Position numbers and translations under genes: made by a program. A DNA stretch of 62,004 nt, filler included, from Hausera hauseri (Eukaryota): assembly GCA_046269625.1 (NCBI GenBank). It is 11 parts of 11 records of this genome, joined end to end, with 100 filler letters (N's around TTAATTAATTAA, not from the genome) between each part and the next. Parts side by side here need not be neighbours in the genome. Positions count along the whole stretch, not along the records: positions 8,415 to 14,386 come from JBJURY010159755.1; positions 14,487 to 20,304 come from JBJURY010183639.1; positions 20,405 to 24,556 come from JBJURY010732434.1; positions 24,657 to 29,291 come from JBJURY010495019.1; 7 more parts are not named here. The stretch is one strand, 5' to 3'. This document shows, piece by piece, positions 12,701 through 24,789 of this stretch (its first letter is position 1; every line of letters starts with the position of its first letter). The notes beneath the pieces are model-generated. The model was not told the DNA's origin. It did no database searches and saw only the letters and a list, made by a program, of their open reading frames with translations.

Positions 12701-13800
12701 TGCAGATTTTTACACGCAAACAAGCCCTACATACCCGACTATTTATATACTGACAAGTTCATTTAGCTAAAGAATCAGACTCTGTGTGGTTTGCAACCTC
12801 AGTATGTCGGCCCTTACAAAATAGTTCGCTTACACTCACGCAACATCATCATTCTCAAAGAAGACAAAGAAGTAACAGTTCACATCAACAACGCCAAGCC
12901 AGTCTTTTTCATCGACGATACGTCTTCCATCGAAGTCACTTTTTCACCAACATCTTTATACGACGCGTAGCAATCCAACAATTTACCTTTCATCTCTGCT
13001 CAATGTCTTAATCCACTTTCCCGTACGTTTTCTCCCAAAATTGCCACTTCAATTTCTTCTCACAATTCAGCCTCTTTCTCCCCATCCGATTTTGCACCTT
13101 CGAGCCTTCCACCACCTTCATCCCCGCACAACAACCTGCTTTCTCTTTTGACAGCACTTCCTCCATCAAACACCATTTCTACTTCACCAATCTCTCCATC
13201 TACATCTTTCATCATTCCAACCTTTTGCACACCACTCTCCACCTACTTTCCTTTGCCTTCTCCATCTTCTCGCTATCTTTCGCGTTGTATCTCTTCGCCG
13301 TCTTCTCTTTCTCTTTGTCCCTCTCTTTCCACACCTTCCTCATCTTCGGCCCTTTCTTCCCCCTTTCTCCTCACACATCATCTTTTACTCCTTTCACTTC
13401 CGATTCACAACTTCCTCCTCTCTTTACCTCTTTTCCTATCCCTTTTCCTTTCTTTACTACTCCTTTTGTTTCATCTTCTACTTCCACTTTCTCACACAAT
13501 TCAATTCAACCTCTACTCCAATTTCCCTTTCTCTTCCTTTTTCCGCCAATACACCTTTAATTATTCCTTCGTCTTCAACAATCTCTCTTCCGCCTTCACT
13601 TTCTTCTTTTCTTCTTTCTGGCTCCTCTTGGCATGACACAACATTAACAACAAAATCTGACCTTCTTTTCTCAAACTTCAAACTCTGCAGACAAACACAC
13701 AACATAAAGATAAAACACGCAGTCACATTCAGCAAGTATAGCATGGAAAAATCGTTAGAAGGCACACACCGTCTTGTTCACACTAAGACCGACTGACACA
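9800..13800 (+). pseudogene. pol (PR, RT, RNase H, integrase, long Ser/Pro-rich tail)
   Basis: ORF fragments 9833, 10178, 10840, 11785 and 12209 carry ordered pol motifs, with many stops and frameshifts. Confidence 0.9.
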
Positions 13801-13866
13801 AACACTTTCTTTTTTGCGGTTTTCTCTCTATTTTTACCCTTTATAGTTTTTATTTTGCCACGTGGA

Positions 13867-14250
13867 GTGATGTGGTGCCCACAGCGGCCGGCAACCTCTG
13901 GTCCATTTGGTTGGATACGGACGGGCGTCCGTTGCCGCTGAGTAGGGCCCATAGTCGGGCCCCGATCTTCTGCCTTTAAGGTTTTCGTGAAATAATGCAT
14001 AAACAAAGACATTTCATTGGACGACCTGCAAAATATTCGATCATCCAATTGTTAAACCGCGAATTTTCTGAAACTATAGTCACACATCAGTCAGCCAACT
14101 CAGATTAATGTCGACAAAATGACATGTTCAGCCGACGTCAATATACAATATTTAGACAGGTTCAAACTGAGTCACATCGATCCGAAGCTGGTGAAGATGT
14201 GGAAGACGACAAGTCAGTCATAAATAGACAGAATAAATAAAAAAGTTTTG
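13867..14250 (+). repeat. Probable 3' LTR of the CsRn1-like element (start TGATG; end uncertain)
   Basis: GCCACGTGGAG-TGATGTGGTG..GCGGCCGG aligns with GCCACGGGGGGGGC-TGATGCGGTG..GCGGCCGG (minus strand near 60500) and with GGTGGTAGTG-TGATG near 28807. AATAAA near 14231. Confidence 0.5.
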
Positions 14251-15719
14251 CTGTCGCCCTCGGATCCAGTTTTCAATTGTCTAATGAGTTTAAAGACAAA
14301 TTGAACAGATATCATCGTCGAAAATTGCCGAATGTTAGTAGGAGGAAAGGAGTCCACGAGGCCAACCCCCTCCCTCCAGAGAAGGANNNNNNNNNNNNNN
14401 NNNNNNNNNNNNNNNNNNNNNNNNNNNNNNTTAATTAATTAANNNNNNNNNNNNNNNNNNNNNNNNNNNNNNNNNNNNNNNNNNNNTTGTTGACGAACAA
14501 CAGTAATTATTTGATGACCCCCTATTGACTTGTATTGCCGTTGATCTCCCTTCTGTCAATTGCTCATTCAATTCACGATACATTTACTGCGATCCACACA
14601 TATTTATAACTTATCGATTTGTTGCTGTTGATGAGGATATTTTTTTGTTGCCATGACGACGAATTAATTATTACTTCTACACATCCAGTTCATTTTGTAT
14701 TGTTTTGTTCAAATTACTCGAATGCATTTATCAATTTCGTAAACAAAGACGGAATTAACTAATATCCACCAGCCAGAATGACAAAGTTGGTAGAGAATTG
14801 CGTTTAGCCGCTTGATGACGTTACATTTTACAGAAAATCTGTTTTCTAATTAATCCCTACTCTAGTTCAATTAACGATGATTTTTAGAATGTTCAGCATC
14901 AATTTTATTGTAATTTCTGATATTCTGAGACGGCAGTTTTGTCACTGAATAAAACTTGTTTCCAATGTTTATAAGTCCAGTCAATGAACTGTCTGCAAAA
15001 TTGTAACATACTTAGCAATAAGTTTGAATTTTTAACACACCAAGAAGACACACAAGTAAGACACAATTTCGAAATGGATATTTCATCAGCAATTTTTTGA
15101 TGATGTCTCAGATTTACATGTCATTATCTACATTAAATATTGATTGATAATTGATTTGATATTTATAATTTGAATTAATTCAAATAAAAAAAGAATCAAT
15201 ACCGAGGTCAAAAGTTAATGTGCTTAAAATTTTTACCAGTACTTTCTGTATTTGTTGTTTTATTTTTAATACATAGAAGAATATAAAATTTAATATTTTC
15301 ATTTATATTGTTCATTGATTCATAAATTCGATTGGCTTCGTTTGCTTAAAAATCTTAAATTTAAATAACCCTTTTATCGACAATATTCAGCTCTAAATTT
15401 GTGTAAAAAAATCCAAAATTTGGCCATGAAGGAGATCTCGGAAAACTGAAGATCGAAATATTAACAACGAAACACACTTAGTTGTATTGTCATTTTCAAA
15501 AAACGATTTGTTATATCCTCTTATTTATTCTGTATCCTGATAGGAACTTCTCTATCAAGGGGGACTTGTTTTACTTTCATATTTTTATCGTGGGCTGGTT
15601 TATCTTCTGCTACTATTTTATCAATTTTCACAATTCTTTTCAACAGTTCCCTTCTTTTTAGTATCAAAATATTTTAGAAAATCATGACGGCCCCTATCGG
15701 GCAAATTGCCTTTTTCGAC

Positions 15720-16720
15720 GAGGACAGCAATAAATTGATAAAAAGTCTAGTTCCTCAACCTTTTGCCGCTACGCTAATACAATCTAGAGTGTCGGTCACA
15801 GATCGAATCGATTTATTCTCACCACACATGTTATGATCGCATCACCAAAAAGCTTTCATCAACAGATTGCTGCACCAGTAGATCGAATACTTCTCGAGCA
15901 CAATTTCCGATCTTTGTATCACCGTCATTTTCAACCAATTACACGATACATGGATCGTCAACAATTATCGATATTCGGCTATTGGACTGCTCGAACAGAT
16001 ATCGAAACACGTTCAATTTCTTTTTCACAACGACCGTATTGTTGTCTTTAAGGCTGGATTTAGCCCGTGCGACTCGTATTACTGATTATAGAATTGCTTT
16101 GCTAATGGTCGTCTTCATACAATAGCTCATTAGTCGGTCAATAGACTCCAACTAATCTTTCCTAAGATTATTTGACACACCCTTCTGTAACTCATCACAA
16201 AAGTTTTCTTCCATGATATCATTCTGTAAACTATTTTGAGCTGATTTCACTTGCTCCGGTGTCGATGTTATTACCGGCTTTACTTTCTCGATCTTCTGTA
16301 GAACAACTTTCTGTTCAATCACAGTCACCCGTTTAATCACAATACATATAGCTGCTGTCAAAAATGACTGGATTTGTTGGATTTTAGAATTGTCCACGGA
16401 ATCCAGAAATACCATTATCGGTTTCTTACCGGCCAATTCGATAAAGCATGTCATCAACTGAAACATCGGTCCGCGGACGTCTTCATCGGCATGATACTTT
16501 TAACGAACTTTCGCACTGCCAAAACACTCACTAAAAACTGAGTCGACTCCGATCGAATGGTTAGAGTTTTGTTTTCTAGCGATTCCGACAAGATCGTTAC
16601 CAAATTGTCGATATTGACGTGATTAAAGGCCAAATCTATGCACTTTAGATTTGTATTCAAAACTTGGGCTTTTTTCTGTTGGTACCCTTTCAGACAACAT
16701 TCAACTAACGAAGACAACTA
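15720..16720 (-). pseudogene. CKAP5: CKAP5/XMAP215 (ch-TOG)-like fragment, TOG2-TOG3 region, eroded
   Basis: IDNLVTILSESLENKTLTIRSES, LAGKKPIMVFLDSVDNSKIQQI and LKDNNTVVVKKKL...LVENDGDTKIGNCARE resemble, in order, recalled ch-TOG segments (MDNKNPTIK, GEKAVNPFLADVDKLKL, WKETNFQV..LVDKIGDVKCGNNAKE). Stops and frameshifts are present. Confidence 0.6.
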
Positions 16721-17959
16721 GCAAATTTAGGATTTTCGTTATTAACATTTATTAGACAACTAAGATACACAAGCTGGCGGCATGTCAATTCCAAATTAAT
16801 TAATTTAATTAATATTCACGATTACCCGTATTATTGCTCCAGCATCTTTGTTCTGATGTTCCATGGAAGTCTCTGTATTAAGGTTTAATAGCACGTAGTT
16901 TTCAATATCAGTTTCCAAGAGCTTGTCTCGTAAAAATCTCTCAAGTTCGTCGTGCGTCAGAATTGTGATATCGGTTTCTCGATATCTAATCAATTGGATA
17001 CCTTGACAATTTCTTGGAGGAGGAAGTTCACTTCGAAGATTAGAGCAACTGCTATATCGATTGAGTCGAATGGAAAAGAACTCGATAGCCTCGTCGGATA
17101 AATGTGTAATAAAACTTGATTTGATTTAAAATATCCGGAAAATCAATTTATGAAAATCAAGGAAAGTCATTAATATTCAAAACTATCAAATCCCATGATA
17201 TTGTTCGTCAACAATACAAATGTATCTAACTATTCTACAGAATTTGAACACATCAGAGCAATTACAAAACCGCCATAAAAATGTATGCAAGCCAGATCAA
17301 CTTATAAAACGAAGAGGAAAGTTTGGTTTAATTAAATGTGGTAACTGGAATTGCATTTACGAATGGCGAAAAAAACGGTATATAAGTAGATAGAAGTGAG
17401 CTCTCCACCGCACTTCTCTGATTGATCCGCTGACCAGTTTTCTCCACCTTATTGGCTATTCTGAACGTTTTAATAAAATTTTTTCACGACCCCCCCCCAG
17501 AAAATGAGATCGAGCAAAGAGGTTCGGACCAAGTGATATCGATAGCGCGTGACGAGGTGAGCAAAAGTTAAAAGAGGTGCGGCTCACAGAAGTGTAGAAA
17601 TGTAGTAACTGTTCTTATTTTGAGTACAGTTAGAACAGTTACTGTGGTGCACACAATCACCCAACTGGTGATCTACATGTGGAATTAGTAAAAAAAACAA
17701 AAAACTAATTGTTTAAATAAACTACATTTTGTGTTGTTTTTGACCTCTTCAAATTGAACCTTATCTGTGAATCTAAAAACTTTAGTTGGATAGTTTTCTT
17801 TGGATTTTTACTATAGAGTCATTTTCATCCGAGCAATTGAGTTCTGATTTCGATTTTGAGTTTATCGTTAATACTAAAAAATTTGTGATCTAAATCCGAT
17901 TTTTAATTTGTCGTTATTGCTCCAAAAACTTTGTTCTGGAATTTAAAAGTCGCATTCGG

Positions 17960-18435
17960 CGATTAATTGTTACGGCAATGGACAGAACGAAGAAAACATT
18001 GGAGGTTAACGATAGCAATACAATTGCAGAATTGATTTCACCCGTCTGTAACAAAATGGACATAAGCAACCATGAAGAGTATTCATTGATTTACGAATTG
18101 GACGAAAAGAAAAAAATAAAAACTAACGTTGAAGAAAGACAAACCAAATTAGAGGTTTTGAAAAAGATGAATTGTTACTTTGATGAAAACACTTTCTCCG
18201 ATCAAAATGTCGACGCGAGAGATCCGATTCAGTCAAATATATTCTATGTTCAGTTAAAAAAGCAATTATCGATAGAACGCATCCCGTCAACATTAACGAA
18301 GTAATCCAACTGGCCGGTATCCAATGACAATCGGAACTCGGCAATTATTCCCGAGACAAACACAAAACAGTTCATTCGAACATCAAAGATTATCTACCGA
18401 AAGAATACGTTAAAGTAGATAAACCTAAGTACAAC
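17960..18435 (+). pseudogene. TLN: Talin head (FERM F1-F2) fragment
   Basis: ISNHEEYSL, FSDQNVDARDPIQSNIFYVQ, HPV..NEVIQLAGIQ*Q and IKDYLPKEYVK match talin (YSDQNVDSRDPVQLNLLYVQ, DFLPKEYVK). One frameshift, one stop and an internal gap. Confidence 0.8.
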
Positions 18436-18439
18436 TGCT

Positions 18440-19192
18440 ATTGGATTCAACGAGGATTCTCAGTGATGTTTTCAGTGTTCTGTGGAATCTCTCTAGGAGA
18501 CCATTCGATTGTGGGTGATACGGTGTTGTGTGTATATGGCTCATTCCTAATCGGTTAGCAAATGATTTAAACAAGTTGGACTCAAACTGAGTACCTTCGT
18601 CCTTAATAATGAACCTAGGCGATGCAAACCTGCTGATCCAAGTGCGTATGAAAACGTCGGCTATTGTATCCGTATTAGTGCTCCATAGAGGGACAGCTTC
18701 TGGTCATCGCCAGGAACGATCCATCATGGTCAAAATGAACTGATGACCGTTGTCATGAGGAAGAGGGCCAACAAGATCTATATGTACGGACTCGAAACGC
18801 GATGTGCAAGGGAAATGATATTGTGGTGGCTTTAAATGCTTGATGGTTTTAAATTTTTGGCAGGCCACACATGCGTTAGCCCACGTTTGCACATCAAAAC
18901 GCATAGTCGTCCAGATTACTTGCCGGTGAAGCAAGAAAAAAGTGGCCATAGCACCAGAGTGATGTAGAGAATGAACGCTGTTAAATGCCTGTTTTTGCAA
19001 GGCAGAATCTAAGACTATTAAAGAATGTCCCGGTTTAGACGTTTCGAAAGCTACACCGTCAATAATGTTGTAAGATCGAAGTGATTTAAGCATGTCCGAA
19101 GGTGGTTGGTTTTCTTGCAGCTGATCTTGTGTGAAAATAGATTTAAAATTAATGGAGCTAACGGATCTTAAAAGAAAGTCGGCGACCAAGTG
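18440..19192 (-). mobile_element. CsRn1-like Gypsy integrase fragment
   Basis: HSLHHSG...CVACQK (HHCC), VHIDLVGPLP and YHPQSNGLLERFH. Homologous to 11760-12450. Confidence 0.92.
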
Positions 19193-20404
19193 TAAATTTC
19201 TGTTTTGGTTTTCTGATACAAATTATTATTTTCTTTGTTGGAATTGTGTGGTACCTTAACTGGTTTAATTTTGGAGAATAAAATTATAATATCAGGATTT
19301 ATTGGGAGAGCCAACCCACCCCAAAAAGGGCCGCATTCCTCCCAATACTGCCATCATAAATCGTTGAGGGGGATTTGAAACTCAACATCTGTATCATTCC
19401 AAAGAAAACTTTCACTGTATAAAAAATTGGTTCTGGGAAAAACGAAATCAAACAAGTGTGGCTAAAGATTTATTTGCCAGAAACAACGTAAAGAAAAAAA
19501 TATGGCGTTTTTAAATTCTCGAAAAAGGGGAATTTCTTGTGAATTTAAACAAAATTTTTATTTAGGTCTTTTTTAACAAAAATCATATGGCGGGTAAATT
19601 GGTTGTATAACGCATTTCCTCACTCGTCTACTATTTACACACTGAGCCTGAAATTACTGAAACTATTTTTTTGTTAAATGCGAAATTACGGAATAACGTC
19701 ACCCGGGCACAATTGGAAGATTCAGTGGTTAAATTTTTCATAAATTTTTGCAATTCCACAAATAAATTACAGCAAGTAAAATATTTCATTTGTTGAGTGA
19801 AATTGATTAATTAAATTTTTTGTCATTGATTCGAACACTGAAGCTGAACCTATTTAGAGTATTAAGCACCAGTTTACACCCGTAGATGAATAAGCAACTG
19901 AAAAATTGAGCTGGTGCAAGAGTACAAAAGTATGATACGGCTAGATGAAAAAACTTCCTAGATTACGTAATCAGGCTACAAATAATGCTTGTCGTCAGTG
20001 GTGGCGGCGCCCGCAACGGCGGCACCACATTGCAAAACAGATATTATCATCCAAAGTCTATTCTCATTATTAGAGAATTGTGTTGGGTACTTTTCAGTAT
20101 TAATATTTCCAACAAGTTTCGGTCTTCTAATCAACCAATCAAAATGGAAACCATGCTTTCTCTTTCCGATAATTCAGAGTTTAAAATCGGACAACTGTCA
20201 GTAGAAATCCTCCAGAGCTATCAATTCAGCCTCACATTGGAAGATATGCATTTTATTTATCGTTCCAGTGATTACATTGTTCTCAGCCGTGTCATCGTTT
20301 AGTANNNNNNNNNNNNNNNNNNNNNNNNNNNNNNNNNNNNNNNNNNNNTTAATTAATTAANNNNNNNNNNNNNNNNNNNNNNNNNNNNNNNNNNNNNNNN
20401 NNNN

Positions 20405-21340
20405 AACAGAGATGATTAGTGCTGTAGGAGCTGCTGTGATGGTTACGTTATCCCATATGGAACGTTTTTGTTGGTAATACGAAGCATAGGGATTAATTAG
20501 AATAGTCATCTCTTTTTTATCAGTTGAGAATTTCACCGGTGGCGTCGTGATCCTCTGTTGTATATCATTGTATTCTTTCTTATTCTTATATCGTATGAAC
20601 ACCGTTGGTCCTTTTCTATGCATTTTATTCTTGAATTTTCCATGTTCCTTTCGTGACAAAGTGTACTTCACATCATATATTTCGCCTCTTGTTATGTTAC
20701 AACAGACTTGTTGTTCATTTGTTATTTCACATTTCGATGATCTTTGCTTACATCCTATTTCTTTTATGGATATTGTTATCCATAGGATGTATTTCAATTT
20801 TATCCTACTCCTAATTTCGAGACAACTTTGTCCACTTTTAAATCCCATTGGTCTTATTATTAACTGGACGAGTATTATTTCATCTAATAATGTTTCATTC
20901 ATTTCATGTCTATTGGGAACTTGTATATACTTATAAAATTTAGTATATAAACTATAATAATAGTTTTCCTTTTCTTTATGAGTGTAAGATATACTCGATG
21001 TGTCCCCGAAGTGTCTATCACACATCGCGTTTCATTTGTCGATGAACGGAGCATACAGTCGTTATATTGTTCATTAAAGTTCTTATTATAACCGTGGACT
21101 GGGGTTATTTGTATCTTTATGACATACTCCCTAGGCATTCGTCTTGTAGTGTACCAGATAATGCATTTTTTGCCTTTCATGGAGTACGTTAATTGGTATT
21201 TTAAGCTTTTTAACCATAGGTTCTCGTTTATGGCCGTGGCATGTCGTATCTTGGCTTGTTTGACTTCTGAATTAGTCATCTGTGTTATCATTATAGGAAA
21301 TAACAAGATGATGATCAGTAATAGGACATTTTTTATCTGG
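20405..21340 (-). pseudogene. Secreted/membrane protein fused downstream of integrase (copy D)
   Basis: NVLLLIIILLFPIMITQ is in frame with the integrase GPY tail. Two Cys-patterned domains follow (CDRHFGDT; CLEIRSR..C..VCCNI) that parallel copy C (CCDLDFGQT; CIRIETK). Confidence 0.65.
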
Positions 21341-21419
21341 AGTTTACTTGTTGTATCTATTTCAATTACTTCCTCACTAATGCTACATACCGATTCTTTT
21401 TCACCTTTTCTTAACTCGC

Positions 21420-24400
21420 TCTCCTTGGCAGCGTGCTTGCATCGATTAATGTGAACTTTAACAAAAGTGTTATTTTTCCTCAAACAGATATTCGATAGGT
21501 CTACCTTTTCTACTTCATATGGTCCTTTATATGGTCTATCTAATTTAGACGTTTTACATTTCTTAATTATCGGTGAATATAACATTACTTGATCGCCTAT
21601 CTTAATCTTCGGCTATTTGGTCTTTTGATCGTAGTACTTTTTATATTTTTGTTTATAATCTTTCTGATTATCACCAATCATCTTATATGCTAACTGGAGG
21701 CGTTCCTGCATTAACTGCTTATAATCATCTATTTCCATTAGGTGTGAAATGGGTTTCACATTAAAATCTAGATCGATTGGTAATCTTGCATCCCGTAAAT
21801 ACATTAAATAAAAGGGTGTCTCTTTAGTAGCCTCATGAACCGATGTCCGGTTTACGAAAACACATGCATTGATATATTTGTCCCAATCGTCTTGCCTGGT
21901 ATTTACCACCGTTTGTAATTTCCCTTTTAAATCTCCAATATACATTTCAACCATTCCATTATTCTCTGGTTGTCCTGGCGTGGATCATGACTTTAATATC
22001 TTCAGGATGTCATATATGGACTGCATTACAGTTCCATTTAAATTTGATTCTTGGGGCTCCATAATTAAATACTATATTTTCTACGAATTTCTCAGCGATT
22101 GTGTCTGCTTTCATGTCAGGCATAGGAAGGGCCACAACCCATCTCGTAAAATAGTCGATGAATACTAAGACGTATTTATTTCCATTTCGTGTCAATGAAA
22201 ATGGCCCTGTTATATCCATCGCGGTAAATTCGAATGGTGCTGGAGGGTAGTCCCATATCTTTAATGATGCTTTGAATTTTGCTCCTGTGTTTTTCCGAGT
22301 AGCACACAGCTTGCAGCTCTCGCACCACTTTTGTACATCTTTCGTTATCGTTGGCCAAAAATATTTCAGTTTTAATTTGTTTAGTGTCTTATTGGCTGAT
22401 TTGTGTCTACCAAGTAATCCATCATGATATTGAGTCAGTAAAACTGCTCTAGTTTTCTTGGGAATTACTAACGCAGGTCCATTTTGACTAATAAAATATA
22501 GAAATCCTTCTTTTTCCTCGTAGGCTTCGCTGAATCGAGCCAGATGACGGGTTAGCTCTCTGTCAATTGGTATGGTTTTATCTTTTGTGTATTTTCTAAT
22601 GGCTTTTATTTCAACATCTTCATTTTGATTTGCCTTAATTTTCTCAATTGATCCATCCATACTCCATACGGCTGCGACTACTGCCTTTGTTTCTTTTTTA
22701 TCGAGCATTCTCCATAAATAGTCGGCGTTAGCATTTTGTGTTCCAGGCTTATACTGGAAATTCAATGTATATGGTTGTAACTTTAAAGCCCATCGTAGTA
22801 GTCTGCTGTTTGGGTTCTCATGTTGCTTTAGCCATTGTAGCGGTCTATGATCCGTATAAATCAAGAGCGGTTTATTTTCGCTAATATACGGTGAAAATAC
22901 TTCTAAGGCAAATATCACTGCTAATAGCTCTTTTTCTATTACAGCGTATTTCTTTTGATACTTATTAAGTTTTCGTGATGCATAAGCTACTGGGTGTGAT
23001 TTTCCGTCTTCACCCTTTTGTGATAATACTGCTCCTATTCCATAATCACTTGCATCTGTTGCCAGAATAAATGGTTTGGTCATGTCTGGATAAATTAATA
23101 TAGGAGCCGTTAATAATTTGTTATTTAGATGTTCAAAGGCTTTTTGACATTTGCTTGTCCATATAACTTTATCTAAATCTTCACGTAATAACTCATACAA
23201 AGGTTTCGCAATTTTGCTAAAATCCTTTATGAATCTTCGGTAATAGTTTGCTAGACCTAGAAACTGACGTAATTTTTTAACGGTACCTGGCTTAGGAAAA
23301 TTCCTTATTTTTCCTAAGAGCTTATACTGAGGTTTTACAGTTTGCCTGTCTACTTTATGTCCGAGGAAATCTACCTCTGCTTGAGCAAATAAACATTTAT
23401 TGGGATTTATCTTTAGCCCCATTATTTCGCATCTATCAAAGAGATCCTGTAGATCCTTCAGATGTTGTTGAAAATTTGATGATGCTATTATTACGTCATC
23501 TATATATACCATGGCGTGTGGAACGTCTAATAGTAGGAGTTCTGTTCCTCTTTGAAATGTTGGTGGTCCATTCTTTAACTCAAAGTGCATCCTATTAAAT
23601 TTCAATAGCCCTTCTCCAATTGAGAAAGCCGTCTTTGGTTTATCTTCTTCTTTGACTTCCACTTGCCAATAACCTTTTTGTAGATAGATGGTTGTGAATA
23701 TGGTCAATCCGTGTAATTTGTCTAGTATCTCGTCAATTCTTGGTAGTGGATATGTATCGGTCTCCGTTATTTCGTTCAAAGCTCTATAGTCTATACAAAA
23801 TCTCATAGTACTATCTTTCTTTTTAACCATCACTAGGGTCGCTGTCCATGGGGAGCAACTTGGTCAAATTATCTTATTTTCTCTCATCCCTTTTATTATT
23901 TTACCAGCTTCCTGTTTTTTACCATATGCTAATCGATACGGTCTTTTCTTAATTGGCTTGTCCTGTCCGTCCTTCAACTTAATGACGTGCTGTATTACTT
24001 TCATTGTACCTAGATCATAGTCAGTTTGTGCAAATCGACTGGCATTCTTTTCTAATAATTCGATTAGCATCTCCTTTTCTTCCTTACTTAGAATTTCGCA
24101 TTTTTGCAACCTCTCGTTCCAGTTGAACTTCATGGTTTTATTTCTTTTGTCTTCGTCGGGTTTCTTCTTCAATTTTTCTGTCATCATCTTCTCTATTTTA
24201 TCTGCATCTAATATTATTGAGCAGATTTCTTCTTTTATTATTTCTTTAGTGATCGTTACTTTTCACAGTCTAGTAGCCTTCCGTAATCGTTTTTCTTTGT
24301 TTATTGTGTTACAGATTCGTAAGTGGATCTTTCTATCTTTTGCTTTATCTACCTGAGAGGCGATTAGTACCTCATATTTTTCCATAACCTGTGGAGATAG

Positions 24401-24480
24401 TTCAAAATAGACAATCTCTGGTAAAACAGGACTCTTGATTTTTCCAGATACTACTATCTCGGATCGCGGTGGAATTACAA
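21420..24480 (-). pseudogene. pol (RT-RNase H-integrase), few lesions
   Basis: RFCIDYRALN, YIDDV, FLGLANYYRRFI, TDASDYGIGAVL, YTDHRPL, YHD..H...CESC, MDITGP and YKGPYEV. Confidence 0.95.
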
Positions 24481-24789
24481 TGTCTTTTATTATTTAAACC
24501 AATCCCTCGTTATAATCTTCATTGAATATCTTAAGTTGACATATACTCATATAGATNNNNNNNNNNNNNNNNNNNNNNNNNNNNNNNNNNNNNNNNNNNN
24601 TTAATTAATTAANNNNNNNNNNNNNNNNNNNNNNNNNNNNNNNNNNNNNNNNNNNNATAAATATTCGTAATCAATAGATTCCAAGTGTGAAGAAAATCAA
24701 GTTCCGAAAATCGATTTTAAAGAGTTGATATTTTATATTTTTCTTCTATTAAAACAAAATATATCATACGCACACACAATTGTTTTTTT

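Larger units (their letters stand above)
8780..14250 (+). mobile_element. Ty3/Gypsy LTR retrotransposon, CsRn1-like, decayed (gag-PR-RT-RH-IN-tail-3'LTR)
   Basis: Gag KPSEFLR and CHCC-type motifs, PR FLIDTGT, RT KTAVITPFGLFEYLFMPFGL and YIDN, RH TDHKPL, IN HIDLVGPL, SDQGPQFE and HPQSNGLFERFH. The 3' end is approximate. Confidence 0.92.
20405..24556 (-). mobile_element. Ty3/Gypsy element copy D: pol plus a post-integrase membrane-protein region (partial)
   Basis: A 607-aa RT-RH-IN ORF, integrase continuation ORFs, then a hydrophobic segment and a Cys-containing ectodomain. Confidence 0.93.

Noticed and set aside
13148-13636. Leu/Phe-rich ORFs (also 60820-61050) as membrane proteins
   Set aside because: They are alternative-frame translations of a pyrimidine-rich low-complexity tract in the integrase tail.
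14487-17214. 14-bp inverted match TTGTTGACGAACAA / TTGTTCGTCAACAA as transposon TIRs
   Set aside because: It is short, one copy is at a contig edge, and there is no TSD or transposase between them.
20547-21454. Plus-strand ORFs opposite retroelement genes (and similar antisense ORFs elsewhere)
   Set aside because: They are shadow frames of the real coding strand, with no motifs and no conservation between copies.
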